This document shows positions 36,201 through 49,212 of a DNA stretch of 64,000 nt, piece after piece. Within the stretch, counting starts at the first letter, position 1, and every line of letters starts with the position of its first letter. Origin of the DNA: Vicugna vicugna (taxonomy: Eukaryota); assembly GCA_013265495.1 (NCBI GenBank), contig MU058718.1, positions 2,627,779 through 2,691,778 of the forward strand. The letters run 5' to 3'. Position numbers and translations under genes: made by a program. Below the pieces are notes generated by a model, which saw only the letters and a program-made list of their open reading frames with translations, had not been told where the DNA came from and did not search any database.

Positions 36201-39200
36201 TTTAAGTCAGACAGGAGTTAGCTTAAAGGAGCTCCCACTGGCCAAATCTGGAACAATGTAAATATCGAAATACAGGATGAAAACAAGGATAAGCTGTTGA
36301 GTACAAGAATCCATATATCTATAATGATTTGAATAAACAAACAAATTGGTGAGAAGGGAAAAGCACTTCCTTAAAGTGGAAAGTCAACAAACAAATGTAG
36401 AAGGAATGATGGAATTAGAAAAACACCTTCTGGCCACCGCAGGCAACGTAATAATTGACTCAGGCAAGAATCATCAAATGGATGCTATGCTAGGGAGAAG
36501 GTTTGAGGAGCAAAACACACAGACATCATCTCTAAGTAGCTCCCCACAAGATACAGATTTATTACAAAGGAAAAAATAGTTAACTTTACAGTGAAGAAAG
36601 CTTAACCAAGTGATCACAATAGCATGACCAGTATTTGGGCACATCACTAACACAAGCCTCCTGATTCGATGCTCTTAAAAGAATACAGCACCACTTCTGT
36701 TATTCTTAACAAAATTGCAAACCCTGAATCTAATCATAAGGAAACACCAGATAAACCCAAATGGAGGGACATTCTACAAAATGAATGTCAGTGTCATGAA
36801 GCACGAAGACTGAGTAACTATTCCAGATTACAGGAGAACAGAGATAGGACAACTGAATGCAACACATGATCCGGGACTGCTTTGGAGATTTTTGTTTTTA
36901 CTATAAAGAACATTACTGAAACAAGTGGTGAAATGTGGATAACATCTATAGAAAACAAAGAATCAAAGTTAATTTCCTGATTTTGATAATCGTGTAGTTA
37001 TGTAAGACAATGACATTTTTTAGCAAATGCAAATTAAAGTACTTAAGGGTAAAAGAGAATCTACAACTTAGTATCAAATTGTTTAGGAAAAAATTATGGG
37101 TATGTGTATATATAGAGAAGAATGGCAAATGAAGTAAAATGTTAATAACTTTTGCAGAATCTGGGTGTGTAAAAATTCTTTACTATTCTTGCAACCTTTC
37201 TGTAAATCTGAAATCATGTCAAAAAAGTTAAAAGAATTTAAGTCAGATTTTAATCACCTTAATTGATAAGCTAGTAAAAGGCTTTTAAAAATGTTAAGGC
37301 ACAAGTAATAAAAATTTTAAACGGTTTTATCAAATAAGAATAAAAATTTTAAGTAACTTGAAAGTCAAGAAAAATGCAACATATTAATGTAAAACTACAA
37401 AAGAACAACAGTGCCTCCTACTGATAAGGGGCAGTGTTTCAGATACAAATTCAAGTCTCTTATCCATTAAAAAAGACCATGCTGTCACTGAGAAATAATT
37501 GTGCTCAAGAGTCACAGTCAACTATAGGGATACACATTCATATGGCACCTTGTGTTCTTGGTACCCAGATAATCTAAGTTGAAATATTATAAAAATGGGA
37601 CAAGTGGACTAAACAAGGGTAAATGAGGAGAAACTGAGATGTGACTATAATTTTATGTGGGAATAGCTGAAAAACACTTGAAAAGTTGGAAAATACTTTG
37701 TTGCAAATAACCAACATAGGGTTCCTACCAAATCAGACCAGAATAGATAAGATTTTGCCAAAGGCTCTAAAGAAAAAATCTTAGAGCTTTCATTTCCTTA
37801 AGATTTCTGCCATAAGGCATCTGAAATTTGTCTGAGGAACCAGCAAAAAAATAGCTGATTGATGCTCCACATCAGTGTATATAAACATTCATAAACTACA
37901 TCTTCCAAATATTTATTAAAGTTGGTAAGTATATCTATTGTACACAAGAAACTATGTCAGGTACTGTGGCAGAGAGAATCATGACCTCCCCCCACTCCCC
38001 GAAAAGATGCCTGCATTCCCATCCATGGAATGTATGAATATGGTAAAGGGACTTTGTGGATGTGCTTAAATCAAAGACCAGGGCAATGGGGGGTAGGGTT
38101 TATCCTGGATTATCCAGGTGGGCCCAATGTAATCATAGCATCCTCGTAAGAGGGAGGCAGGAGGATCAGAGTCGGAGAAGATGTGACAATGAAAGCAGAG
38201 TCAGAAAGAGATTAGAAGATGCTATGCTGCTAGGTTTGAAGAAAAGGGGGCCAGAGTCAAGGAATGCAGGCAGCCTCTAGAAGGTGGAAAAGACAAAGAA
38301 ATGGATCTTCCCCTAGAGCCTCCACAAGGAACCAGCCCTGTCGACAAACTGACTTTAGTCCTAAGACAGATGTTGGACTTCTGACCTTTAAAACTGTAAG
38401 ATAATAAATTACTTTAAGTCATTGTTTTTGCAGTAATTTGTTACAGCAAGAATAGAAACAGAGGTACCATGTAGGAAGCAAAGCTGAGTATCAGCTTACA
38501 ATTTAGTGGAGCAAGTAAGATGTAAGCAGAATGGAAAGTGGTGAATGGCTTAAAAAGGTAGAGTTAAAAGCTATTAAAGTTTAGAAGGAAATACCATTGC
38601 TGCAAGGGGGCATGTGAGCTGCATCGTACAAGGATGGGCAGGATTTAGACATGCAGAGATAGACAGAAACAGCCTAGCTAAGGGGACAGTGCAAGCAAAG
38701 AAATATTCGAGGATGAGAGGGGAGAGAGACATGTAAACAGGAAACAGCATTATTCTAGTTTTGGCTGGAATGGCAAGTATGTGAATCCTGGTTGGACACC
38801 AGTTATCACAGGTTCTGAATACCAGGCACAGGAGCTTGGAGTTCCTTCTATAGAAAATGAGAAAGCAATGGTGTTTCCGAATATATAATATAAAATGAGC
38901 TATTTTTTTTGGAAACAAAGCGTAACATTTAGAAATATTAATGTTTCAAAAAAGAGTGGTGGGCCATGTGGATGGGAATAAAGGGTGACACTGATGGGAG
39001 ACTAGAACAAAAGACACTACAATAATCTAAGCAGCAAGCGACAAGAGCCTGGATTAGGGCGACAGCAGTGGGGCTGGAGAAGAAAAGATACAACAGACAT
39101 GGGAAAAGATGGATGGGAACAGGATGGGAGGAAAAGGGAGAAGCCAAAGATAATAAAATGGCTTAAAAAGCAAATGATTAAAAGGACTGGAACTGACAGT

Positions 39201-42200
39201 CCCACAAAAGAGAATACAAAATGCAGACAATGGAGGTAAGATAAGATAATCAGATCTTACATTTAGGTGCTGGCAGGCCTTTCAAAATGAAAGGGCCTAA
39301 TGAGAAAAAAAGTTTATTGGCAAACTATTTTTACTACAGGTACTAATATTCAAAAGCTTCCAGTAATATGAGTATCCATAATAAAATAACATTAAACATC
39401 AATAATAGATTTTGGTCTAAAGTATGTATTTGCCTCAGATGTCTACTTCAGTCTCTTGTGAAATTACCTGTTGCAACCAACACTGGAAATCCTATCAATT
39501 CTGGGACAGTAGCAACAAGTGAACTTGAAAGGCTATGGTGCAGACTGTGAAAGATGGCAGATTCACCAAAGTAATGTGACTTTGTGAGAAGACATCACTT
39601 CCAAATTCTAAAAGAAAAATCTAAATACCAATGAAAAACAGTGCTTTTAAAACCTTACGATAAGGAGGCTCCAATTCTAGAAAAGAAAATTCTGTCCTAA
39701 ACAATTTGGGAGTTGGGGGTTGGCAGTTGGATATGGAAGAATGATTACAAACAAAAAGTACATTTTTAAATAGACACTGTAAATGGAGACGATGATGTAC
39801 AAAACTTAAAATAAAACAAAGGTAAAACAGAACACAAACTGGCAAGTTCTCTACATTTTTACACTCCTCCTTTCCCACATTTCCTCTCCCTCTCTTTAAA
39901 ACACACATTCCCCAACAAAACATACCGTTATCTCCATATTCAAGTCTAACAGCTAAACCAAGAAGCCAGTCAATTGCTTCTTGTCGATCTTGAATCTTGA
40001 AAGGACAGTTAACATCTCTGAGATACTGTGAGGAAAAAACCTGGTTTCATTATTACTATAAAGTCACAAAATCAAAAGTGGTAGAGCTGAAAGAGACTTT
40101 AGATCTCTAAGAACTTATTAACATATATATTATCAAGATTTTGATGCAATTATATAGGGAAGGAAACATTTAAGTGTACAACTTAAGAAAAAAATGAAGT
40201 ATATTTCCATCATGCTTTTTGAAATTTTTACTTTTGCAGATTCCAGGTAGGGCACCTCTGATTTAGAACAACTTTTTCACTTTGTAGATGAGAAAACAGG
40301 CCTAGAGGTTAACAGTGCTGACAGTTATACAACTTAAATCCTGGGACCTGAACCTAAACTTTGATTCTAGGTCTTAAAACAGAGCTACTAAATAAAAGGG
40401 AGGATACTAGTAGAAAAACCCCAGTTATTACCTAAAACTCAGCTTTCATATTGTGGAAATGCCACTGAATAAAGTAAGCCATTATATGTATAATGTAACC
40501 AAGGTTTTGAATAAATGTCAGAAACTGTTTATTCAAATGAATATTGTCCTTCAAATGAGTCTCTTAGGAGCTTAAAATCTAATTCCACCAACAATGCTAT
40601 CACTCAAAACTTTTGAAACTCACTTTTGGAAATCATTTTGGAGATAATTAATCAGCACTTTTTTAGTCATAACTCATTTTCTAACCAAAAATTTTATCCC
40701 CCTGCTTAAAAAAAAAAAAAAGAAAAAGAAAAAGCACCTAATTCACAAGATTTAGTCATAATGCAAAAAGCAAATCCACCTTCAAAGTATAAAAAACTGT
40801 CAACATTAAGGATGTTCAAAAGATGTCTCCCAATCTAAAAGTAATTCCAAAGGAAGTTCCAAATAAGCTTTAAGCAATGACACCATCATTCCAAAGAGAC
40901 CATTCTAAAGGATAGTACCTCTGTAAGTTCCAATATATTTAAGTTATCCTACTTTACTGTCATTTCAGGGTATTTTTCATCAGAAAAATTTTCATATTCT
41001 TCAAATACTTTTCCACATGTGGAACTCTGTATTGTCTTCTACACATGAATGGGCCATAAATAAGACGTGATATAAGCAAATATAAAATCCCAACAATGTA
41101 TTTTAAAGTCTTAAGAAATCTATCAAAGTTTTCAAAAATATTTAAGAGCAAACAAAAACAACCCAGTAGTAGCAATAATAGTACAAGAGGCAGGAAAATT
41201 AACAAATACATAGCACTCAATATGGGCCAGACACCTCTGTGAACAGGTACATAGGTATATATCTGTCATTAACAATACATGCCACCGTATGAGATAGGCA
41301 CCATTATTATCCCCATTTATTGATAACAATATTGAGCCACAGAAAGGTTTATAAACTTGCCCACGGTCACAGAGCCAGGGTGTAACATACAATCTCCAAA
41401 TTCATAGTCTCTAAGGAGAAAGGTAGCTAAACACTTTGTTCCAATAAATGAAAAATTTAGCCACTTTTCATTTTTTTAAAGGAAAGGATCTTACTCATTA
41501 AGTAATAAAGTTGATGAAAATGCTTAATGTAAGTAATACTGTAAAATGTGACTTATAGTCTAATTTGAAAACAACTCTGTTTTCTCCAAAATGTTACTAA
41601 ATTCAAGTAAGTCAATGGGAAAGTTATTCCAGACACAAAAATAAGAAATACAGATCTTTTTAGGATTATTTCTGCTGTACACAAGGGACAACTATGAATG
41701 TTAAATACAAGCATAAATAAGACATAATCTTAGTTTTCAAGCATGTCAATAATGTCTCATTTTAATATAATACCGTAAGTGTATTTTTGCTACATTTTTA
41801 ATGTTACTTACAACTTCTGATTTTGGCCATTTTTACCATTTGTAGAATATATGTCACTGTTTAAGAAGCCTCACCTTTGTTTCTGGACAAAATTATTTCT
41901 ATCTAACACTGAATGCTTGATAAGAAGAGATAATATAGTTTGCTTTAAAAACAAAAAGTATGGTAAGAATAAAGTTAAACCTCTGAAATTCAGCTTTTCT
42001 AACACTGATAACTATTACTTGTATTTACTTTAAGAGAACAAAGTAATTTTAAGCTTGTCTGCCTTCATATAATTTTTACAAAAGCTCTCTGTACTTTTCA
42101 CTTTACTTTCTAATTCATTACCTTTTCAAAGAACTTGGGCCAGTCACTGCTGTGAATGTTTCGTAAATTACCTCTGTCTTCAATCTTGTAGTGTCTGATT

Positions 42201-43847
42201 TTCTGGTCTTCAAGCCAAACGATAAAGTTTCTAAATTCTGTTTCATCTGCAATAAAAATATCATATAAATCACTAGAAGCACTAGGTAAAACACTTCCTT
42301 CTCTAGAAATAAATGGTCTTGTGGAATTTTTTAACTCCAAAATTGTAAGTTACTTGAGCTGCTTGAGGTAGGAGTTGAAAGAACAGACTTTGGATTAACA
42401 TTAAAAACGTTGTTCATATCCTGGCCCGAATTCAAATTCTGGCTCCATTCAGTGGTTGTGTGAACTTGAGCTGATCGCCTCAATTTTCTGTGCCTCAGAT
42501 TCTAGAGCTACAGATGAGGGTAACGACGGGACTTACCTCATAGGGTTGTTAAGAAGATTAAGGGAAATATTTAAGGATAAAAACAGTATCTGGCATATAG
42601 TTTTGCTATTTAAGTCAGTTATTAGCCCAGTTCCTTTAGGGAAGAGGGCGAGAGAGGATGGGGCAAGGTTAAATTTATAGTGATAAATTATAAGAAATTA
42701 AAAACAGAGAGAAGATACTAATTTCTATTGTCATTTACTGTTATGGTGCCTTAAATGCATTCATGAAAAAGCGCATATGTTGTTTCATTTAATCCTCCCC
42801 TTTGAGGTAGGTAATGTCCCTATTTTACAAGTGAGAAAACTGAGACTCAAAGATTCAAATCCAGATCTAAGCTCTACCGTCCCTAAACTTTTCTCGTTAA
42901 ATAAAAGGCAAAGGAGAACAGCAAGATTCTATAAATTGATAAGCTTCTACAGGAGATCAACAAAACTCTGTTATCCTGCTTAGAAATTATTTCCAATTTC
43001 AAAATTCAAGCTTGAATTCAAATTCAGGCCTCCTTTATGAAGTCTGAAGAATTACACAATGGTCTGAACATCCCAGCTTACACTCCATCAACTTTGAAAC
43101 TTACTAGTCTACCACAGGCCAAGGAACTCTGGAAGAAAATGAGTAGCGACGGGGTTTTGTGTTTTGTTTGTTTTACAATTTTAATGCTGTGAAATCCAAA
43201 ATACCTTTTCACTTACAATTTAACCGCCCCGCTCATCTGCTATTAACTTTCTTTTGCACGTCCCACACACTGCAATTAGCACATTACTATACACGCTCAC
43301 CCCAACACTGTCAGACGCGGACTTCATTACATCTTCAGCTCAAACTGCTGGAAGGGTTCCGACTGCCCCCCACCCCTCAGTTCTTGGCGGGCAGGAAACT
43401 AGTCTTCAAGTTACTCAGCACCTTCCTCGTTATCCCAGCACCGCTCAAGCCCACAGGTGTTTAAGGTATCGCCCAATTACCCGGGAACCACGACGCTAAT
43501 TTAGAAAGCGTAAGATTTTCCCTCTAGGGAGCTAAGGGTGCTGGCGGGAGTTGGAGGTGGCCTCTGGAGTTTACTAAGGCAGAAAGTGACGATGCCGAGG
43601 CAAGAGCGGGTGATGGGACTCCGAAGCCAGGGAGGGAAGGAGAAAGGCCGCTGGGCGGCCGGGAGGAGAGGAGCCCGGGGGAGACAAGGCCGCGTACGGT
43701 CCGGGTGGGGAGCCCGGGTGCCGGCAATAAAGAGCGGAGGCCCGAGGAGCCAGTGACGCGCGGTCAGCCCAGAGCCGGCGCCTCACCTTTGCAGTTGAAG
43801 CCGGCAGGGTTGTGGTAGTCGAGGGCCGTCAGCTTGCGTCGGAACAT
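30121..43847 (-). CDS. RTRAF: RNA transcription, translation and transport factor (C14orf166/CGI-99/hCLE, tRNA-ligase complex subunit), complete spliced CDS: 8 exons, 244 aa
   Basis: Exons of 61+125+100+87+89+69+49+155 = 735 nt; MFRRKLTALDYHNPAGFNCKDETEFRNFIVWLEDQKIRHY...IIADPKTDHRLGKVGR*; all introns GT-AG. Confidence 0.98.
30374..30422 (-). CDS. RTRAF: RTRAF exon 7 (GLPVALDKHILGFDTG)
   Basis: Poly-C tract then caag| acceptor, G|gtaagt donor; 49 nt; followed by a 98-nt intron. Confidence 0.95.
32500..32568 (-). CDS. RTRAF: RTRAF exon 6 (AIRILVQERLTQDAVAKANQTKE)
   Basis: ttcttag| acceptor, GAG|gtatgt donor; 69 nt. Confidence 0.96.
34553..34641 (-). CDS. RTRAF: RTRAF exon 5 (VNNPDFKAGVMALANLLQIQRHDDYLVMLK)
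   Basis: ttttacag| acceptor, AAG|gtcagc donor; 89 nt. Confidence 0.96.
35448..35534 (-). CDS. RTRAF: RTRAF exon 4 (AEKYKDLAPDNTKNADNAAKNAEPLINLD)
   Basis: ttttacag| acceptor, G|gtaagt donor; 87 nt. Confidence 0.96.
36220..37230 (+). mobile_element. Ancient L1MC-type 3' UTR fragment
   Basis: gagctcccactggccaaatctggaacaat, gaatctaatcataaggaaaca..cagataaacccaaatggagggacattctacaaaat, actattcttgcaacctttctgtaaatctgaaat. Confidence 0.7.
37965..38462 (+). mobile_element. MaLR solo LTR (MLT1D-like) with 5-bp TSD ggtac
   Basis: tgtggcag...atcctggattatccaggtgggcccaatgtaatca...aggaatgcaggcagcctctagaag...taatttgttacagca; ggtac at 37960-37964 and 38463-38467. Confidence 0.88.
39926..40025 (-). CDS. RTRAF: RTRAF exon 3 (YLRDVNCPFKIQDRQEAIDWLLGLAVRLEYGDN)
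   Basis: ctcacag| acceptor, G|gtatgt donor; 100 nt. Confidence 0.97.
40490..40915. mobile_element. Degenerate mariner (MARNA-like) fossil
   Basis: aaatccaccttcaaag...ttccaaaggaagttccaaa...gcaatgacaccatcatt...ccaaagagaccattctaaagga resembles the recalled consensus. Confidence 0.4.
42122..42246 (-). CDS. RTRAF: RTRAF exon 2 (DETEFRNFIVWLEDQKIRHYKIEDRGNLRNIHSSDWPKFFEK)
   Basis: ttgcag| acceptor, AAG|gtaatg donor; 125 nt. Confidence 0.97.
43787..43847 (-). CDS. RTRAF: RTRAF exon 1, coding part (MFRRKLTALDYHNPAGFNCK)
   Basis: gggaccATG (A at -3), donor G|gtgagg. Confidence 0.97.
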
Positions 43848-43969
43848 GGTCCCGGCAGCTTGCTCCGGTCCCCCGGGCTTCGGCCGGGAGAGGAGAGGCA
43901 AGGAGGAGCGGGCAGCGCAAGCACCGGCGACGCGGCGAGAGGGCGGTCGGGCGTCGGGGCGCTCCGAAA

Positions 43970-44060
43970 TGACGGCAGCCTTAGCCAATCGTGGCTTAGG
44001 AACAGCTGATGCCCACCAATCGCGGCTGGGGCCGGGGGCGGGGCCACGTCTGGGCACGTC
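43970..44060 (-). promoter_or_regulatory. RTRAF proximal promoter motifs: half-CRE TGACG (43970), two CCAAT boxes (43985, 44016), GC box GGGGCGGGGC (44035-44044), two CACGTC (44045, 44055)
   Basis: Motifs read directly 120-215 bp upstream of the ATG; no TATA box seen. Confidence 0.7.
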
Positions 44061-46454
44061 GACGCTCAAATAAACTTTATTGTCAGCTTCCTATTTGTAC
44101 AATAGACAGAAAGCAACCGAGAGTCAGTTACCGCTTGCTTACCTCGCCGTCTTGATACAACCTACAGAGAAAAGAATACTTAGAATTTCTACCATCGGCC
44201 ATACGTCTTATTGGATCATACAAACTGTTTAGTATTTTCATTGTATTAATTCATTCATTTAGTTGTTATATGCCTCCTACAAAATAGGTACTTTTCTAAC
44301 ACCACTAATACAAAGACTTTTAGCAAGGTTCCTTTCCGACTAGTTGGGAGTGATTCACAGGTAAACATACAACGGTAATACTAGTGATAGCTCTAGACAT
44401 CACCAGCAACCACGGAATCTTGAAGCCGGAAACCTGGAATTATCCTTTACTCCCTGTCACCGTAGCTGCAACACCCAGTACATCGATTCCTGCTATTCTG
44501 TCTCTCATGTCTCTCTCAAATCCCTCATCTCCTCCCATACCCACTGATGCTACTCTCAAAGCAGGCCGTCATTATTTTTGCTTACTGTAATTATCTGATT
44601 TCTTAGGGCCAGTCTTGCCTTCTCTAATCCCTTCCTGTAGAAAACAATGATAGTGATTTTATAAAACAAACCTGTCCATAAGTGTTAAATGCTTAGTACC
44701 TTTTGTGGGTCCCCGTTGCCTTCTAGAAATAATCAGAACTTCTTATCATATTTAAGACCCTTCCTGCTCCAGTCGCAATCTGCTTTCAGGCACTGGAGAG
44801 AGAGCAGTGAGCAAGGCAGATCAGGCCCCTACTTTCATGAAGTTTAAAAGGCCGTTTAGGGGACACAAGCAATAAGCAGACAAGTATGAGCTATGGCTTG
44901 AAGATGGTGAGGAGTTCACCATGCAGTCAAAAGGGTCACATGTTTTGAAGGAAGAGAAGGGACAAAGGCAAGAAGTGAGCAGCAGCATGGCCCAGAGGAT
45001 CTAGAACTTACGGGAGCTGAAGGATAGGAGAGAGTGACAGCTGATGAGACTTGGACAGAGGCAGGGACCTGATCAAGAAACACCTTTCAGGCTGTGCTAA
45101 GGGGAGCTATTGACATTCTTGGGAGTAGCCAACTATGTTTTATTTCACTTTAGCATATTATAATTAAATACTATGTTAACGTTTGTGGGACAAAAAGATG
45201 AGTAAGATATTTTCAGGAAGTTCAGGTTTAATAGTAAAAATAAACATCTAAATAAATGCTTATAATCTAGAGTTAGCGATACATTATAAGAAGTATAAAG
45301 TGTGCTGTCAGGTCAGAATATAGCTTTCAGGAGGCACTGTGAGACAATCTCTATGTTCCAAATAAGAAGCTTACTGAGATAATTAGGAAAGTCAGCTCCA
45401 AAAGTGTTTTGCCTCAAACAAAATTTGATCAAGGCTACAGCTATAATCACATACTTTGGGGTATGCTAGCTGTATAATTAACGAAATATTAGCCAAAAAG
45501 AAGGAAAATGAACCAGTCAAGAAAGAGAAAATATAAAGGAATGCTTACCTGGGATTGCAGATAATACACTTCTTTAAAAAGTGGGGGAAAGCAGCTCTTA
45601 AAGTTGGTTTTATGGAATTGACCCTTTGATGCAAAAAACTAACTTGTTTGCTCCTGATCATGTCTCCCTATTTTAGGGCCCTAAGTTGTCAGCCACTTGA
45701 CACTCTCTAGTCATCACCCACAGGTGTGAGGAGGTTGGAAGAGGTTTCCTACACGCAGAATGCCGAAGGGACCACCAGACTTGAGCAGAGGATAAGGCTA
45801 AGTCTGGAAAAGAAGTATAGCAGATTATAAGCATTCAACCTCTTTTTATTTAAAAATCGTTTTGTCTTTTTCCCCCTGCATTTGGAGTCCTTTGGCCTAT
45901 CTTGAATGAAGTGTCTAACAGGAAGTGAATCTTAGACAATTCCATTTCTAAAGACCAAGCCCTCTATGTAGGCCAAGAAGGGGAAACCAACTTCTATTAT
46001 CAAATGACCTGAACTCGAGTCTACTAGCTGACCAGGGGTTTGATGGGTCATTAATCCATCTGTTTAATTACTCAACCAAGCTGTTCAATGTTGCCTGTGT
46101 GCCAGGCAGACTTCTAGGCATTTTGGATGCATCTCTGAACTTTTGCCTAAAAACCCTGCCCTCTGGCAAAGGAAGATGAATAATACAATTTTAAATAAGA
46201 AAATTATTTCTTATTTCAGAAAGTGATAAGTCCTATGGGAAAATGATAACGAGGTAAGAGGAATAAGGAGTAAAGGTGGGGACGGCGGGGGCAGTGGGAA
46301 ACAATGTAGGTTGCAGTTTTAAACAGGATGGTCAGGTTAGGCCTCATTGAGAAGGTGAGATGCAGAGACTTAAGGAGGTAAGGGAATTAGCCACATGAAT
46401 AAATGGGGGAAGGCAGTTCTAGACAGAGTTCTAGACAGTGCAAACGAGAGGTAA

Positions 46455-46670
46455 GGAAGGTTTATGTATTTTTAAATAGTTGAAAAAAATCAAAAGAAGA
46501 GTATTTCATGATGCATGGAAATTATATGAAATTCACATTTCAGTGTCCATAAATGAAGTGGTTTTAGAACACAGCAACACTCACTGGCTAACGGCTGCTC
46601 TGGTGCTACCAGGGCAGCGCTGCATAGTGTGACAGAGGCCACATGGCCCATGGAGCTTAGAATATCTGCC
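46455..46670. mobile_element. MER58B-like hAT fossil
   Basis: aaaaaaatcaaaagaagagtatttcatga...aattatatgaaattcacatttcagtgtccataaat...gacagaggccacatggccc. Confidence 0.7.
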
Positions 46671-47636
46671 AGAGTTCATATGGTTTCAGAAATGCAGAGG
46701 TGGCAATTTCCACATTATTACGTTATCAAGTAAGACAACAAATCAGAGATACAGGGTGCTTTTTCAAGGTTATTTTTACAACTTGCAACTTTTTTTTTTT
46801 AAGTTTAGCAGTCTTACTACTAGACCCCTTTGTCCAAATTATTCTTCCAAAGACAGTGAACAGAAGAAGTTGGTAACACTTAGGAATATCTAGCAAAGTC
46901 TCTGTGGCCTGGAAAAACAAGTTGGATATTCTCATGAATGTTAACAATTTAATGCCCCATTAAATCAGGTCTTTTTTAACAAGCTGTAAATGCAAAGAGT
47001 TCTTTCCTCTTCCTTGGAGAGAGCATATCGCCTTCATCTCTTTCTGAGACTTTTCTGTTAATTTGAGGACTTTTTTTTTGAAGGTCAGGCTCTGGAATTT
47101 CATGATTTAGCATTAAAAGCAAAAGGCAGGCCAGTGAAGCTCAATTTTCATGGTAGAAATGGAATCGGAACACAAAGGAATCTCCTTAGTCATACAGGGA
47201 CCATGAAGCACTCACCTTCCATACTTGATATGCAAGAGAAAACTTGCCTGACAACCAAAACCACACGGAGAAAACTGAGCCAAGAGGTGGAGAAAGGCAA
47301 TTCCTGAAAACATCTTGCTTTTCAAATATGTGAACCAATAAATTGCTTTGGGCACTTGAGCCAGGTTGGGTTGGGGTTTTGTCACTTAAAACTGAAATAG
47401 TCCTCCCATGAGCACAGACGCCAGAGGGTTAAATGAAACAATCTGGAGCTTGTGGGACTCAGCCTAGGAGGAAAAGGGGATGGCTTAAAGGTGACCTCAA
47501 GAATGTCATCCATCAGAGATTTGAAGAATAGTGGATGCAGGCATAGAAACAAGAGCACTGGAAGAAATGAACTAGCTGGGGACCGTGGAGAATCAAATTC
47601 AGGACCTGTTGAGTTTGAAGTGATGGTTGATGGAAA

Positions 47637-48136
47637 TGTGAAGGAAATCAAAACCCCAAAATATGCAGGCCTCTTCGACATAAAAATGATTTTAAGCTGA
47701 AGGCAACTGAGAAGCAGCAAACTCAGAAAGAGCTCCTCCTTTTTGCCGAAAAGCAGGACATAAATTCTCCTTTTACTGGAGACAAGTTCTCACATCAGCC
47801 TTGAGATGCAATAGAGAATCAGCACAAACTTTCCTCCGTTAGCTTCCTTCCTAGATTTACCTTCCCTTGGGAGACTGAAACTGCTTTGTTCTGTTATTTC
47901 TCTACAGGTGTACTGTTCTCTGTTGAAGACGCTCTATCAGCTGGAATTCTAAGCCACCATTGTGAGTTACTTTTGGTTTAGGTTTCTCCTGCGTGATGTG
48001 TGCTGCACACGTTAATAACCAGACTGGTTTGTTTCTGGTTATTCTGTTGTTGTTGTTGTTGTTGTTGTTATTACAGGGGTCTCAGCCAAGAGCTTAGAGG
48101 GTAGAGGGAAAATTACGATGTTTCCTCGCTCTTACA
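47637..48136 (+). mobile_element. ERV1 solo LTR (MER34/MER39-like) inserted in an L2
   Basis: tgtgaaggaaatcaaaaccccaaaatatg...gacataaaaatgattttaagctgaaggcaactgagaagcagca...ttacaggggtctcagccaag...cttaca. Confidence 0.7.
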
Positions 48137-48729
48137 CCCGTGAACACTCCCAGGATTCAGGAATGACATCCAGGCAAGAGATGTCAGCTGAGGAGCCATC
48201 AGTGTAAAGCTGCAGCTGAACCATGAGGATGGGCTCCCTGAGAAACTGAGGAAAGAAAAGAGGGCTGGTGACTGCATCTTAGGAAAACCCGGTATCCACA
48301 TTCCAGTGGGAGTAAGAGGAACAGTCACGGAGAAGTGACTTTCGTGAGAAAAGTGGCTGGAAGGAGAAAGAGAACCAGGAATATGTCGTGTCCTAAAAGG
48401 CAGAGAGGAGACGGTCTGGAGAGGCAGGGCTGGGGGCGGGGCACAGGAGATGGACATTTGGGTAACAACTCAGTGAAGGCTCCTCCGAAACATTACAGAA
48501 GAGCCACTTCCTAATGCTTGAAAACACTGAATGAATAAGGTAGAGTTTATGATCTCATACATTAACATACAAATAATCTGCTTTACAGACCTCCCATAAA
48601 TACCACCTGCCCCTGTTCCCTCCCCTCAGCACCCCAGTGGGCCCTCTGGTAGATCTGCTAACTCTCTGAGTCACCCACAAGGCCTTAGTCATTTCCCTTC
48701 TTTCAAATTTCTTTTTATAATTGTCATTA

Positions 48730-49212
48730 GAAATTCAGGTATAGCTGATTCACAATATTATGTAAATCACAGGTAAACAACACAGTGATTCACAATTTTT
48801 AAAGATTATACTCCATTTATAGTTATTTTAAAATACAGGCTATATTCCCTGTGCTGCACAGTATATCCTTGTAGCTTACTTTTTTTTTTATTAGCTTTAT
48901 TTATTTATTTGTTTATTGTTATTTTTTAATGGAGGGACTGGGGATTGAACCCAGGACCTCATGCATGCTAAGCATGCACTCTACCACTAAGCTGTACCCT
49001 CCCCACTGTAGCTTACTTACTTGATACGTACCAGGTTGTCCCCAACCCCTCTCTTGCCTACCCCACTGGTAGCCACTGGTTTATTCTCTATATCTGTGAG
49101 TTTGTTTCTGTTTTGTTATATTTACTTTATTTTATTTTTTAGATTCCACATCTAAGTGATATCATACAGTATCTCTCTTTCTCTGTCTAACTTATTTCAC
49201 TTAGTATAATAC
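48730..49212 (-). mobile_element. L1 3' end (antisense) carrying a nested SINE
   Basis: gtatagctgattcacaatatt...ggctatattccctgtgctg...agattccacatctaagtgatatcatacagtat...cttatttcacttagtataatac. Confidence 0.85.
48882..49006 (-). mobile_element. tRNA-derived SINE (Vic-1-like) with 12-bp TSD tgtagcttactt
   Basis: Reverse strand reads ggggagggtacagcttagtggtagagtgcatgcttagcatgcatgaggtcctgggttcaatcccc plus A tail; TSD at 48870-48881 and 49007-49018. Confidence 0.92.

Larger units (their letters stand above)
43480..44070. promoter_or_regulatory. CpG island over the RTRAF promoter, exon 1 and start of intron 1
   Basis: Abrupt GC- and CpG-dense block in AT-rich flanks, spanning the ATG. Confidence 0.9.

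Noticed and set aside
43848..44069. In-frame N-terminal extension of RTRAF
   Set aside because: It starts at a non-ATG codon upstream of the promoter motifs; lack of stops is expected in a CpG island; the ATG at 43847 has good context and gives the expected 244 aa.
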